A stretch of DNA of 57,912 nt from Myxococcales bacterium (GTDB taxonomy: Bacteria; Myxococcota_A; UBA9042; JABWCM01; BTVJ01), in NCBI GenBank assembly GCA_045863395.1, contig BTVJ01000047.1:1-57912 (forward strand), given 5' to 3'. The notes under the pieces are model-generated. The model was given only the letters and a program-made list of their open reading frames with translations. It was not told the origin of the DNA and made no database searches. Position 1 is the first letter of the stretch. Each line of letters begins with the position of its first letter. Made by a program: the position numbers and the translations under genes. Positions 44,148 through 53,867 of this stretch are shown piece after piece.

Positions 44148-45077
44148 TCACCGGTAGACGAAGGGCTGCTCCGCGAGGGCGATCCCTGCGCCGCCACAGA
44201 CGACCACGACGATGTCCTGCGCGTGGCCGGCCGAGCCGAGGGACTCGTAGGCGACGGCCAGCGCCGCGCCGGCCGCCGGCTCCACCAGAACGCGGTGGTC
44301 CAGTGCGAACCGGTGCATGGCCGCGAGCGCCTGGTCGTCGGACACCACCACCGACTCGACCTGGTGCTGCTGCGCCCGCTCGAAGGCCCCGGCCGCCACC
44401 TGGTCCGCGCCCAGGGTCTTGGCCACCGATGCAATGCGGGACAGGCGGACCAGGTGCCCCGCCTGCATCGCTGCGTGCAGTGAGGCGGTCCCGTGGGTCT
44501 CGACGGCGATCACCCGCGTGTCGGGCAGCCCGTGGCGGTCCAGCCCCTCGAGGACGCCCGCGAGCAGGCCGCCGCCGCCCACCGCGACGACCATGTGCGA
44601 GGGGCGAGCGCCATCCTCGACGAGCTCGTCGATCAGCGTTGAGTGGCCGGTCCAGATCTCCGGGTTATCGAAGGGGTGGACGTAGAACGCTCCCCCGGCC
44701 TCCGCCGCCTCGCAGGCTGCCCGGTGGGCGTCGAGCCAGGTGGCGCCCGCCTCCACGACCGTCGCGCCGTGCTCGCGGATCCGGGCCAGCGCCGTCTGCG
44801 GTACCCCGTCGAACACGAAGATCGTCGCGCGCACACCCAGCTCACGGGCCGCGCTGGCGACCGCGATGCCGGCGTTGCCCCCGGACGACGAGACCAGGTG
44901 CGCGGTCCCCTGCGCCACCACCTGGGCGCACAGCCGGCCGATGCCGCGGATCTTGAACGACCCCTCCGGCTGCAGCGCCTCCATCTTCAGCCACACCGGG
45001 CGCCCGGCGGCGTGTGAGATCGGCAGTGAGCGCCACAGGGGCGTCCGGACGTGCAGCGGTCGTGGCTCATGCGGCAT
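44148..45077 (-). CDS. PLP-dependent L-serine/L-threonine dehydratase (fold type II)
   Basis: LKMEALQPEGSFKIRGIG, SSGGNAG, HPFD, VGGGGL, VEPAAGA, VCGG; start overlaps the upstream gene by 11 bp. Confidence 0.85.
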   Translation of the reverse strand: MPHEPRPLHVRTPLWRSLPISHAAGRPVWLKMEALQPEGSFKIRGIGRLCAQVVAQGTAHLVSSSGGNAGIAVASAARELGVRATIFVFDGVPQTALARIREHGATVVEAGATWLDAHRAACEAAEAGGAFYVHPFDNPEIWTGHSTLIDELVEDGARPSHMVVAVGGGGLLAGVLEGLDRHGLPDTRVIAVETHGTASLHAAMQAGHLVRLSRIASVAKTLGADQVAAGAFERAQQHQVESVVVSDDQALAAMHRFALDHRVLVEPAAGAALAVAYESLGSAGHAQDIVVVVCGGAGIALAEQPFVYR

Positions 45078-46926
45078 GGCGGTGCTCCCGGCTGCGCTGG
45101 ATGAAGGACTCGACGTTCTGGCGGCACGCGGCGATGTCCGGTCCGTGAAAGATGAGCCCGTGCTTCTGGACGTACACCACGGCGCTCGTGCGGCAGGCGT
45201 CGGCCACCCGGCGCGCGAGCTCGACAGAGGCATACTCCTGTGGCTCGATGATCGCCACCTCCAGCGCCCGAGCCTCGCGGTTCGACAGCAGATAGTGGGT
45301 GTGGACGACGGCGCCGGCGTTCGTCGCCTGGTAGATGAGGAAGTGCATCAGCGACTCGGAGGAAGGGATCCCGTTCCCGGCGTAGCGCAGGACTCCTTGG
45401 GCGTACTCCACCAGCCGGACGAAGTGCGTGGGCTCCAGGTGCTTGATGTAGCAGCCGCTGGTGGTGACGAAGACCTCTCCACCGTGGCAGGCGCTCAGGT
45501 TGCCGGTGGCGTCGGTCTGGTTGGGAAAGGCCGCGGCCAGCGCCCCCAGGTCACGGATCTGTCGCACGAGTCCGGGGTCGATGCGCAGGGGCTGATCGAT
45601 CCTCTGAAAGTCGACCCAACGGCTGGATGAGACCGGGGCGGCGACCTCGACGGCGCGAGCGGCCGCCGGAGGGGCCGCGGTCACCGGAGTGTCTCCGGTG
45701 AACAGGATCTCGGTGCGGCTGTGTGCCAGGGCGATCACCTGAGGAGCGATGGCCTCGGGGGCGGCGCCCGACAGGATCGCCGCGAACCACTCGGCGATGC
45801 GGTCCAGGTCTGCGTGGGTGTAGCCGCGGCGCGTGATCTCCTGCACGCCGACCCGCAGGGCGTCCACGTTGCGGAACGGGATGCCGCGGTGCACTGACAG
45901 GTGAGCCCGCAGCAACCTCTCCATCGCGTGGCTGGCCGACATCACGCCGGTCAGGTCCAGGAAGAAGTGGTGGTTGGCGGTGTGCGCGCCGTCCGGCCGC
46001 GCCAGCACGGGCAGCCCAGCGGCGGCCATGCGCGCGGCGAGGTACTGCGCGTTGTCGATGACCTGCCGCCCGAAGGCCGGCCCCACCTGCTGCATCTCGT
46101 GCAGCGCGATGCACAGCGACAGCAGCGACGCCGTATGCTGGCTGGACACGAGGCCCTGTGACAGGCTGTAGCTGACCCGCTCGAGCAGCTCGCGGTTGCG
46201 CGCCAGGATGATGCCCTTCTGCGGCCCGAAGAAGGTCTTGTGGGTGTTCGCCTGGAGGATGTCGGCGCCCTCGAGCAGCGGGTTCTGGAAGTGGCCCCCC
46301 GCGATCAGGCCCAGCGTGTGGCTGGCGTCGTACAGGATCGGGGTGTCACCCACGATCTCGCGCAGCTCGCGGATCGGGAACGGGAACAGGTAGTTCATCG
46401 CGTCCAGGTAGAGGAGCTTGGGTCGGTCCCGGCGAAACACGCGCTCCGTCTCGTCCAGATCGATGGTCAGCCGCTCGCGGTCGAAGGCGTAGGTGGTGCT
46501 CCGGCGCCCGAACTGCTTGATGATGTGCTCGGTGGCGAAGTGCCCCCCGTCAGCGACGCCGAAGCGCATCACCACGTCGCCCGGCTCGGTCAGCGACACG
46601 AGCGTCGTCTGCATGGCGTGCAGGCCGGAGATGCAGCGCAGCTCCACCTGCTCGGCGCCGAACATCTCGCGGCAGACCTGGATCGCCGAGCGTTCGATGG
46701 CGTTGACACGGTCCAACCCCCTGAACAAGAAGCCGTTCAGCCGGGAGGGAGAGTCCTGGCGCATGTCCAGGTGCTCCAGCAGGTAGCGGTTGCCGAGCGG
46801 CGACGCCAGCACCTGGCTGGCCAGGGGAGACATCAGGGTCTCGTTGGAGGTCAGGTGGATGAAGTCGCGGTCCTCCCGCTCCTCCTCTCGGATCAGCGCG
46901 TCGATCTCGTGCAGGCTCAACACCAT
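45067..46926 (-). CDS. SHMT-fold PLP enzyme (L-threonine transaldolase-like) fused to a C-terminal class II aldolase domain
   Basis: LTSNE, SGLHAM, DGGHF, YDASH, NTHKTFFGPQKG, LRVGVQEITR; C-terminal GNLS, PSSE..MH, VHTH, KHG. Confidence 0.8.
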   Translation of the reverse strand: MVLSLHEIDALIREEEREDRDFIHLTSNETLMSPLASQVLASPLGNRYLLEHLDMRQDSPSRLNGFLFRGLDRVNAIERSAIQVCREMFGAEQVELRCISGLHAMQTTLVSLTEPGDVVMRFGVADGGHFATEHIIKQFGRRSTTYAFDRERLTIDLDETERVFRRDRPKLLYLDAMNYLFPFPIRELREIVGDTPILYDASHTLGLIAGGHFQNPLLEGADILQANTHKTFFGPQKGIILARNRELLERVSYSLSQGLVSSQHTASLLSLCIALHEMQQVGPAFGRQVIDNAQYLAARMAAAGLPVLARPDGAHTANHHFFLDLTGVMSASHAMERLLRAHLSVHRGIPFRNVDALRVGVQEITRRGYTHADLDRIAEWFAAILSGAAPEAIAPQVIALAHSRTEILFTGDTPVTAAPPAAARAVEVAAPVSSSRWVDFQRIDQPLRIDPGLVRQIRDLGALAAAFPNQTDATGNLSACHGGEVFVTTSGCYIKHLEPTHFVRLVEYAQGVLRYAGNGIPSSESLMHFLIYQATNAGAVVHTHYLLSNREARALEVAIIEPQEYASVELARRVADACRTSAVVYVQKHGLIFHGPDIAACRQNVESFIQRSREHRHAA

Positions 46927-46977
46927 GGCAGGCTCCCTTCGCTCGTGTCGTCCATCAACAAAATGGACAATCGGGGC

Positions 46978-47007
46978 GCTATATCTGTGTTCTGCGCCGG
47001 ATGTCAA
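46978..47007 (-). promoter_or_regulatory. Candidate sigma70 promoter for the transaldolase-dehydratase pair
   Basis: Minus strand TTGACA-N18-TATAGC about 50 nt upstream of ATG 46926. Confidence 0.45.
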
Positions 47008-47112
47008 GGCGGTGGTCAGAGGTGCAGGAGCGGTGCGACACCGCGAAGCGAGGGGCCGTGCTCGGCGGCTCCCGGTCACCGCGATGCGTGACCGGGAAGT
47101 GGCGAGGCGGGC

Positions 47113-48162
47113 TCACTCCACCCGAAGCGTTCTGTGCATCGAACCGACGCCTCCTCGGTCGTCGCGCACCACCACCCACAGGTGGAGCAGCCCGACCTTC
47201 GCCGGGGCCGTCCAGCCGTTGTCCGCATCTCGCGCGCCGGTGGGGCCCGTGTGGGACGCGGCGAAGGTGCCGCCCGTGGCGTACCAGGAGAGGCGCAGCG
47301 ACTCCCGCGCCACGGAGATGGACTGCTCCTGGCGGTCAAAGAGGACGTAGGCCTCGGCGCCCGTGCAGCCCGCCGGCGCAGCGCAGTCGTCCGGGCAGTC
47401 GACGGCGTCCTCCGAGGTGCCGCAGGCGCCGTCGCCGCACACCGCTCTGTCGGGACAGTCTGCCCAGCGTGCCCTGATGGCCAGTGTCTCGCCCCTCTTC
47501 ACAGTGGGCGGTGCGTCTGCGCCGAGGGTCACCTTCGAGCCCCCCCGCAGGAGGACCAGGCTCTCCAGGGCCGGGTTTGCGTTGGGGTGGTAGCGGCGAG
47601 TCATCTCCGCGGCGAGCTTCTGGGACGCGCCGCTCACCCCGCAGGAGATCCTGGCCTGCGCGATGGCCGCGCCACCGTCGGGGGTGCCGACGCGCAGCGG
47701 CTGGTAGTAGCCTCCGGTGGCGTCCGCATCCGCGGGGCGCCCCGCTGCTTGGCCGTCCACGGCCTCGGGAGGGTTGGGGCCGAAGGTGGAGCAGCCCTCG
47801 ATGGGGAGGGTCCCGGTGGTCGTGAGTCCCTCGCCAATCGGGGTGAGATGCGAGCCCTCGTCCAGGCACTTGACCGCGACGGAGCCGAGCTCCGACAGTG
47901 GCTTTCGCGCGGTGCAGAAGGCCCAGTCCACCGTCGAGGTCTGGGGCTCCCCCTCGGGGGTCGCGATGAGTGCGCGGACTGTGACCTCCGTTCCCGGGGC
48001 GGCCTCCGGCGGGACGACCTGCACCGCGAGCACACGCGGTCCGTCGATGGTGCTCTCATCCACGGCCAGGTCCGGCAGACACGCCGAGAGGACGAGGGCG
48101 AGCAGCGCAGGGAACGTCCACGCGGACTCTGGCCGTCTTCGTCGCCTGTCGCAGTTCTTCAT
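47113..48162 (-). CDS. Lipoprotein associated with the TonB-dependent receptor
   Basis: Lipobox LVLSAC; PRVLAVQ..PPEA.PG and LWVVVRDDRGG; TGATG overlap with the receptor stop. Confidence 0.75.
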   Translation of the reverse strand: MKNCDRRRRRPESAWTFPALLALVLSACLPDLAVDESTIDGPRVLAVQVVPPEAAPGTEVTVRALIATPEGEPQTSTVDWAFCTARKPLSELGSVAVKCLDEGSHLTPIGEGLTTTGTLPIEGCSTFGPNPPEAVDGQAAGRPADADATGGYYQPLRVGTPDGGAAIAQARISCGVSGASQKLAAEMTRRYHPNANPALESLVLLRGGSKVTLGADAPPTVKRGETLAIRARWADCPDRAVCGDGACGTSEDAVDCPDDCAAPAGCTGAEAYVLFDRQEQSISVARESLRLSWYATGGTFAASHTGPTGARDADNGWTAPAKVGLLHLWVVVRDDRGGVGSMHRTLRVE

Positions 48163-50828
48163 CAGAACGCCCACTTCAGCCCTGCAACGGGCAGGATCGG
48201 GAGCCCCCGGATGGTCCCGCGCCGCGTGAAGTCGGTGCTGTAGACGATCTCGTCCGGGTTCTCCTGGTTCGTCACGTTCTGCACCTCGAGGTAGACGTCG
48301 AGGGTGGTCTCGCCGATCTCGAAGCGCTTCTCTCCCCGCAAATCCAGTTGGAAGAACAGGGGGACCCGCTCGCTGTTGTGCTCACCGAAGAGGGGCTGCG
48401 TCACCCCGGCCGAGAGGTCCTCCCAGGCGCCGATCACGGGTGTGCGAGGGAAGCCGGACGCGAGGCGGGCGCGCAGACCCACGTCGAATCCCAGGCCCAC
48501 GTCCCAGGCCACGACCGCGGTCAGCAGGTGGGTCTGGTCGTAGTCGAACAGGCGCCAGGCGGCGTCCTCGCTGTCCCGGCGCTCCGCCCGGATCAGGCTG
48601 TATGAGACCCAGCCGAAGACCCCCTCCACAGGGTCGAGGCGGACCAGGAGCTGCCCTCCGTAGGCGCGCCCCTCTCCCTCGGGGACCAGCGCCTCGGCCT
48701 GGGGGGGGAACTCGAGCTCGCTGCGGACGGCGAGACCGCCCGACTCGGTGTAGAAGCCGGTGAGCTCGACGGAGAGCAGCTCGATGGGGCGCAAAGTGAA
48801 GCCGAGCAGGGCATGGAAGGCCGTCGCCGCCGGGAGCGCGGGGTTGCCGAACACCGCCGAGAGGTCACCGGGGAGGGGCGCCTGGCTGAACAGGCCGACG
48901 GCGGTGTTGACGGAGAGCTCCGGGAGCGCATCCCAGCGCACCGCCAGGCGAGGCTCCGCGACGAAGCCCTCGTCGAAGCGGCCGAGCTCGGGGGTGTCAC
49001 CCTGCTTCGGCAGCACCCGGTCCACCGCCTGGACGGTCGGGTCGAGCCGCAGCCCCGGCACCACGTGCAGGGTGCCGTCGAGGAACGAGAAGTCGAGCTC
49101 CACATACGGGGCGGCGCTGATGAGGAGCGTGTCCCACGCGTCCGCATCGATGGAGTTCGGGGGCGGCTGCCCGAACACCCGCAGGTCGCCCTCCCGCGCC
49201 GGGGCTCCGGTCGAGCCCCGCCGAGACTGCTTCGTGGAGACCACCTCCGCGTCCAGGCCCACCTCCGCCGAGAGCCACGGGGTCAGTGGGCCGCGCCAGC
49301 TCGTGCGAAGCCCGAACGAGAGTGTCTCGGAGGCGAGGCGAGTCTCCACGGCGCCGAGCTTCTCGACGCGCTCTGCCTCGTCGAACCCGAACCACGGAGT
49401 CACCCTCACCTCAGCGCCTCCACCCAGCTCCCCCAGGTAACGGAGCCACGTGCGGGCGAAGAACAGGGAGCGCTCGTCGCTTCGAACCAGCGCCGGGTCA
49501 GGGTCCGGGATGCCGCGGCGCACGGTGTCCGACGAGACCAGGGCGACGGCCTCCAGGTGCTCCCCGGGGCCGAGCTCCACGCGCGCCCGCCCCTGGACGT
49601 CGTAGTAGCGGGGGAAGGGGAAGTAGTCCTGCGCGTCGTCGTCCACGACCTCGCCGCCGAGGAGGTCCAGATAGCTGACGCGGGCTGCCGCGGCGAGCTC
49701 CAGGGGCTCGGCGACCTGCCCGCGGAGCATGGCAGAGGCGTCGAACACGTCCGCCGCCACGCTCCCGTGGACGCCCTCGTCGTCGAAGGTGCGGAGCCCC
49801 ACCTTGACGAGACCGCCCAGGCCGCGCCCGTAGGCGGCGCCATAGGCGGCCGGCACCAGCTCCACCGACTCGACCAGATCCGAGTGGACCACGGAGCGGA
49901 GGCCCCCCTGGTGGTAGAGGCGAGGGATGGGCACGCCGTCCACCGCGACCCGTGTGTCCTCGGGAGACGCGCCCCAGACGACGAGGGCGCCCGAGCCTAC
50001 GGAGGAGCGCCCCACGCCGGGCATGCTCTCGACCACCTTGAGCACGTCGCCCTGGGCCCCCGGGATCTTCAGCGCGTCCTCGGCGACGACCTGCGTCGAC
50101 GCGGCCTCCCGCTTGACTGCCGGGGCGACCACGACGATCTCCATGTCGTCGCCCTCTCCCTCCATCACGGTCTCTGCCAAGGAGACCTCGTAGGCGACGT
50201 CGAGGCGCTCCCCCGCGACGAAGGCCTCTTCCACGCGGAGCGCGGTGAATCCCTCGCCCTCCAGAGTGACGCTGCGGGGGCCGGGCGGGACGGCCGCCAC
50301 AGAGAAACGGCCCTCCGCGTCGGTGGTGACCGCCTCGACTCCCTCCACGAGCACCCGGACGCCTCCGAGTGGAGCGCCAGACTGACGCCCGCGCACCAGG
50401 CCGGTGAACGTGGCGACCGTGGGCTTCTGCTCCTTCAGGGTGAAGGCGTAGCGGTAGAGGATGCGCACGGGGATGGGCTCGCCCTCGAGCATGGCGGGCT
50501 GGAACAGGAAGGACCGGCACGCCGCCACCGCCGCAGTGTCGAAGGCTGGTCCCGCAGACGTGACCACCTCCGCGTCCGTCACGGCGCCTGTCTCGTCGAT
50601 GGTCAGGCGCAGCTCCACCGTCGCGGTCCGGCCGGCGGCGCGCTCGTCCTCTGGGTAGGGGGCCTCGACGAAGCGGAGCAGGACCGGGGCCTGTGGTCCG
50701 TTGGGGACGGCGTCGGCCGGCGGCGGCTCACCAGGGGGGGTGTCGTGGGCTGCGCGGGCAGCCGCCGCCGGACCGACGACGAGCAGGAGCGCCGCCAGGA
50801 GCGCGGCGCCTCGATGGCTTGGGAGCAT
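48162..50828 (-). CDS. TonB-dependent receptor with a fused N-terminal TonB C-terminal-like domain
   Basis: Signal peptide; YPEDERAAG..VELRLTIDETG..FQPAM (TonB_C); plug IPGAQGDVLKVVESMPGV; barrel ending GLKWAF. Start may be 50864. Confidence 0.88.
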   Translation of the reverse strand: MLPSHRGAALLAALLLVVGPAAAARAAHDTPPGEPPPADAVPNGPQAPVLLRFVEAPYPEDERAAGRTATVELRLTIDETGAVTDAEVVTSAGPAFDTAAVAACRSFLFQPAMLEGEPIPVRILYRYAFTLKEQKPTVATFTGLVRGRQSGAPLGGVRVLVEGVEAVTTDAEGRFSVAAVPPGPRSVTLEGEGFTALRVEEAFVAGERLDVAYEVSLAETVMEGEGDDMEIVVVAPAVKREAASTQVVAEDALKIPGAQGDVLKVVESMPGVGRSSVGSGALVVWGASPEDTRVAVDGVPIPRLYHQGGLRSVVHSDLVESVELVPAAYGAAYGRGLGGLVKVGLRTFDDEGVHGSVAADVFDASAMLRGQVAEPLELAAAARVSYLDLLGGEVVDDDAQDYFPFPRYYDVQGRARVELGPGEHLEAVALVSSDTVRRGIPDPDPALVRSDERSLFFARTWLRYLGELGGGAEVRVTPWFGFDEAERVEKLGAVETRLASETLSFGLRTSWRGPLTPWLSAEVGLDAEVVSTKQSRRGSTGAPAREGDLRVFGQPPPNSIDADAWDTLLISAAPYVELDFSFLDGTLHVVPGLRLDPTVQAVDRVLPKQGDTPELGRFDEGFVAEPRLAVRWDALPELSVNTAVGLFSQAPLPGDLSAVFGNPALPAATAFHALLGFTLRPIELLSVELTGFYTESGGLAVRSELEFPPQAEALVPEGEGRAYGGQLLVRLDPVEGVFGWVSYSLIRAERRDSEDAAWRLFDYDQTHLLTAVVAWDVGLGFDVGLRARLASGFPRTPVIGAWEDLSAGVTQPLFGEHNSERVPLFFQLDLRGEKRFEIGETTLDVYLEVQNVTNQENPDEIVYSTDFTRRGTIRGLPILPVAGLKWAF

Positions 50829-50867
50829 TGTGGAGCCCCCGCGTTGTCTCGTTCGTGCGTGCATGCG

Positions 50868-51686
50868 TCAGATCGTGAACCGGATGGCGATGACGAAGGT
50901 GGATGGCACGGGCTTTCCGCACTGCATCGCGGGCTCGAAGCGGCCCTCCCGGGCGGCGGCCAGCGCGGCCTCGTCGAGCCCGTGGCCCAAGCCCTGGAGC
51001 ACACGCGCCTTCACCACCCGGCCCTCCGCGCCCACGGTCAGCTCGACGCGCACTTTGCCCTGGACGCCTGCTGCGCGCGCCGCCTCAGGGAAGCGGGGCT
51101 GGGGGATGGACAAGGGTCGCGGCTTGCTCGCCGGCTCATCACACCCGGTCTCCTTCTTCTTCTTCTTCGGCGCCGGCTCCAGGGTGCGCGTCACGGTACG
51201 CGTGGCCGGCGTCGGCAGGGGGCCGACGCTCGCCACCTCCTGGCCGGCCCCTGTGTCGCCGTCCCCGTCCCCGCCAACCGGGACGCCCAGGCTGCCGCCG
51301 CTCATGGACCCGCCCAGGTCGACCGGGACACGGGGCCCCTTGCCTGGGGGTGCCTTGGCAGCCGCCGGCGGGGGGGCCTTCGGAGGTGCCTTCGGCTTCG
51401 GAGGCTTCGGCGGAGGTGGGGCCTCCGGCGGGGGCGCCTCGACCACTGGCGGCGCCGGGACCTCTGCCTTGGGGGCTTCTGCCTTCGGGGGCTCCGCGGG
51501 CTTCGGAGGCTCCTGCTTTGGGGGCTCCGGCTTCGGAGGCTCTGGCTTCTTGGCCACCTCCACGAGCTGGATGGGCACGGGGTCCGGCACCACCTCCTCG
51601 TCTTCGAGGGTGGACACGGCGGCCCCGGCGGCGACGTGCAAGCCGACGCTGATGGACCAGAGCGCTACCAGCACGCGCCGTCGCAT
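50868..51686 (-). CDS. tonB: Energy transducer TonB
   Basis: TM with SVGLH, Pro/Lys/Glu-rich spacer, FPEAARAAGVQGKV..GLDEAA..FEPA. Confidence 0.88.
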   Translation of the reverse strand: MRRRVLVALWSISVGLHVAAGAAVSTLEDEEVVPDPVPIQLVEVAKKPEPPKPEPPKQEPPKPAEPPKAEAPKAEVPAPPVVEAPPPEAPPPPKPPKPKAPPKAPPPAAAKAPPGKGPRVPVDLGGSMSGGSLGVPVGGDGDGDTGAGQEVASVGPLPTPATRTVTRTLEPAPKKKKKETGCDEPASKPRPLSIPQPRFPEAARAAGVQGKVRVELTVGAEGRVVKARVLQGLGHGLDEAALAAAREGRFEPAMQCGKPVPSTFVIAIRFTI

Positions 51687-51688
51687 GG

Positions 51689-52108
51689 CTACTCGACCTT
51701 GTCCACGTTGATGGCGAACCGCTGGATGCCCGCAAGGCGCGCCGCGTCGATGACCGCCATCACGGCGCCGTGGTGGGTGGTCCTGTCAGCCCCGACCACG
51801 AGGTTCACGTCTTTGTCGGCCCGCCACGCCTCCGACAGCTTCCCGGCGAGCTGGGCGGGAGTGACCTCCTCTTTGTTGAAGTGGAGCTTGCCGTCCTTCG
51901 TGATGGTCACGGCGATTGGCGACGACGTGCTGCCGTCCGAGGTCTTTGCCTCCGGGAGCTCCACCTTGATGGTCTGCGACACGATGTACTGGGCCGAGAC
52001 CATCATGATCACGAGGAGCACGAGCACCACGTCCACCATGGGCGTGACGTTGATCCCCGTGATCATTCCGCGACCCCTGCCTCCCTGCGCGGGTGCTGCT
52101 GCTCCCAT
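51689..52108 (-). CDS. exbD: Biopolymer transport protein ExbD/TolR
   Basis: INVTPMVDVVLVLLVIMMV, VELP, GADR. Confidence 0.9.
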   Translation of the reverse strand: MGAAAPAQGGRGRGMITGINVTPMVDVVLVLLVIMMVSAQYIVSQTIKVELPEAKTSDGSTSSPIAVTITKDGKLHFNKEEVTPAQLAGKLSEAWRADKDVNLVVGADRTTHHGAVMAVIDAARLAGIQRFAINVDKVE

Positions 52109-52111
52109 GGC

Positions 52112-52858
52112 CTAGTCCTCCGCTGGGGCGCCGACCGCCGCGAAGAAGGACGAGGTCCCGGGGGTCGTGTTCGCGCGGGCCGGGCGGGCGAGGGCTTCAG
52201 ATGCCTCCGGTCCGCCTGCCACGCCCTCCGGGTGGGACTCGAGCCACGCGGAGAGGAGGCGCCCGAGCCCGTAGACCTCGTTCTCGATGATCCCCGCCTG
52301 CCGCTGGACCAGGTTGAAGGCGATGACCGCCGGGATGGCGACGAAGATGCCGACACCGGTGGCGATGAGGGCCTCGGCGATGCCGCTCATGACGCTCGCC
52401 ATGTTGGCGTCCTTGCCGCCGCCGCCTCCCAGGTGGTGGAAGGCGACGATGACGCCGATGACCGTGCCGAACAGGCCGATGAACGGAGCGTTGTTGCCGA
52501 CGGTGCCGAGCAGCGTCGAAGAGCGCTCGATGCCGGGGCGCTCCTTGCCCAGCTCGCTCTCGATGGCATCGAGCACCGCCTTGGAGCCGCCGCGGCGCCA
52601 CGCCCAGGAGGCGCGGAGCACGCGGCCCTGAACGGAGGGGGAGGCGGCGAGGATGCCGTCCACGCGCCCCGGCTCGTTGCGCAGCAGGGCGTCGCGGACT
52701 CTGGAGCGCAGGGCGTCACCCGCGCCGCGGGCATTGCGCCGGAAGAAGAGCCACCGTTCGAGCACGGCGGTGAGCGAGAGAACGGAGAGGCCAATCAACA
52801 GATAGAGCACCCACTCGCTGCCGAGGAGGGCGATCTTGGACAGGATCTCGACGAGCAT
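52112..52858 (-). CDS. exbB: MotA/TolQ/ExbB proton channel protein
   Basis: LGTVGNNAPFIGLFGTVIG, GIAEALIATGVGIFVAIPA; AGGAGG upstream. Confidence 0.9.
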   Translation of the reverse strand: MLVEILSKIALLGSEWVLYLLIGLSVLSLTAVLERWLFFRRNARGAGDALRSRVRDALLRNEPGRVDGILAASPSVQGRVLRASWAWRRGGSKAVLDAIESELGKERPGIERSSTLLGTVGNNAPFIGLFGTVIGVIVAFHHLGGGGGKDANMASVMSGIAEALIATGVGIFVAIPAVIAFNLVQRQAGIIENEVYGLGRLLSAWLESHPEGVAGGPEASEALARPARANTTPGTSSFFAAVGAPAED

Positions 52859-52876
52859 GGACTTGCCTCCTGGCAC

Positions 52877-53866
52877 TCACGGAAGAGTGAGCGCGGTGAC
52901 GTACAAGGGGGGCTTGGCCCCGCCAGTTGCTGATGCTGCGAGGAGCTGTCCCTCGCGAATGACGGTCTCCACCTGGCGCCACGTCCCCTCCTCGTCTCCG
53001 GGCTCCCGCCGGAGCACCGACAGGCGAAACCGCGTGGCCGGCTCGCCGCAGGCCGCGTAGGGGTCTACGTGGACGAGCCACGAGCCCTTGGGTGGATCCT
53101 CCTGCCAGACCAGGTTCTCGCGGCGGGCGCCATCCACCACGCAGTTTGCGTTGGAGTCCAGATCGAAGCGCCCCGTCGTGGGGTCTGCGAGCGCATCGGC
53201 GGGGACCTGGTTGTCCACCGCGGTCGCGGTTGTCGGGTTCTTGGGGGAGACCACCTTGCCCCCCGGGCTGGTGAGCCGCAGGTCCAGATCCATGTCTTGG
53301 TCCCACTGGAGGGACACCACCAGCGCGGGGGGAGGGATGGTTGGGTCGCAGGAGTTGAAGTTGTCCGGGTAGTCGGGCAGGACGCACACGTCGGTCTCCC
53401 GCTGCTGCCCGGCCTTGCCGCCCTCGTCGAACGCGACCACCTGGAGCTTCTGGAGCCCCACGGGGATGTCGTAGCCGAAGTCGGCCTGGACCTGCCACAC
53501 CCGCTCGCCGTTGGCGGTGGGGTCCACGCCCTGGACCTTCGCCACCCAGTACCCCGTACCCAGATCGGCGAACCGGAGCCCGACCGAGAGGGCGTCCGGC
53601 GAGGTCCGGCCGGCGATGTTGCGGCCCACCTGGCCCGGGCGGATCAGGTTGGAGACTGCGCCGAAGGATGTGACGGTCGGCTCCTTGGGCTCCTCCGTCG
53701 CCTCGTCCTCCGACGACGCGGAGCCCGTCTCCTCCGGGACGGGAGCTCCGGGCAGCTCGCCACTCTTGAAGACACCGCCCCGGATGCGAATCGGCTCGTC
53801 GAGGCCAGCGGGAGCCGCGACACCGCAGGCCATGGACGACACAAGGAGCAATGGGGAGAGCCTCAT
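52877..53866 (-). CDS. Hypothetical lipoprotein
   Basis: LLLVSSMAC; VSLQWDQDMDLDL..TSPGG and DLDSNANC..ENLVW; tight operon spacing. Confidence 0.7.
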   Translation of the reverse strand: MRLSPLLLVSSMACGVAAPAGLDEPIRIRGGVFKSGELPGAPVPEETGSASSEDEATEEPKEPTVTSFGAVSNLIRPGQVGRNIAGRTSPDALSVGLRFADLGTGYWVAKVQGVDPTANGERVWQVQADFGYDIPVGLQKLQVVAFDEGGKAGQQRETDVCVLPDYPDNFNSCDPTIPPPALVVSLQWDQDMDLDLRLTSPGGKVVSPKNPTTATAVDNQVPADALADPTTGRFDLDSNANCVVDGARRENLVWQEDPPKGSWLVHVDPYAACGEPATRFRLSVLRREPGDEEGTWRQVETVIREGQLLAASATGGAKPPLYVTALTLP

Positions 53867-53867
53867 G

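Noticed and set aside
45067..46926. Housekeeping glyA (serine hydroxymethyltransferase)
   Set aside because: Lacks the canonical YAEGYP and TTHKTLRGPRGG motifs and has an extra aldolase domain.
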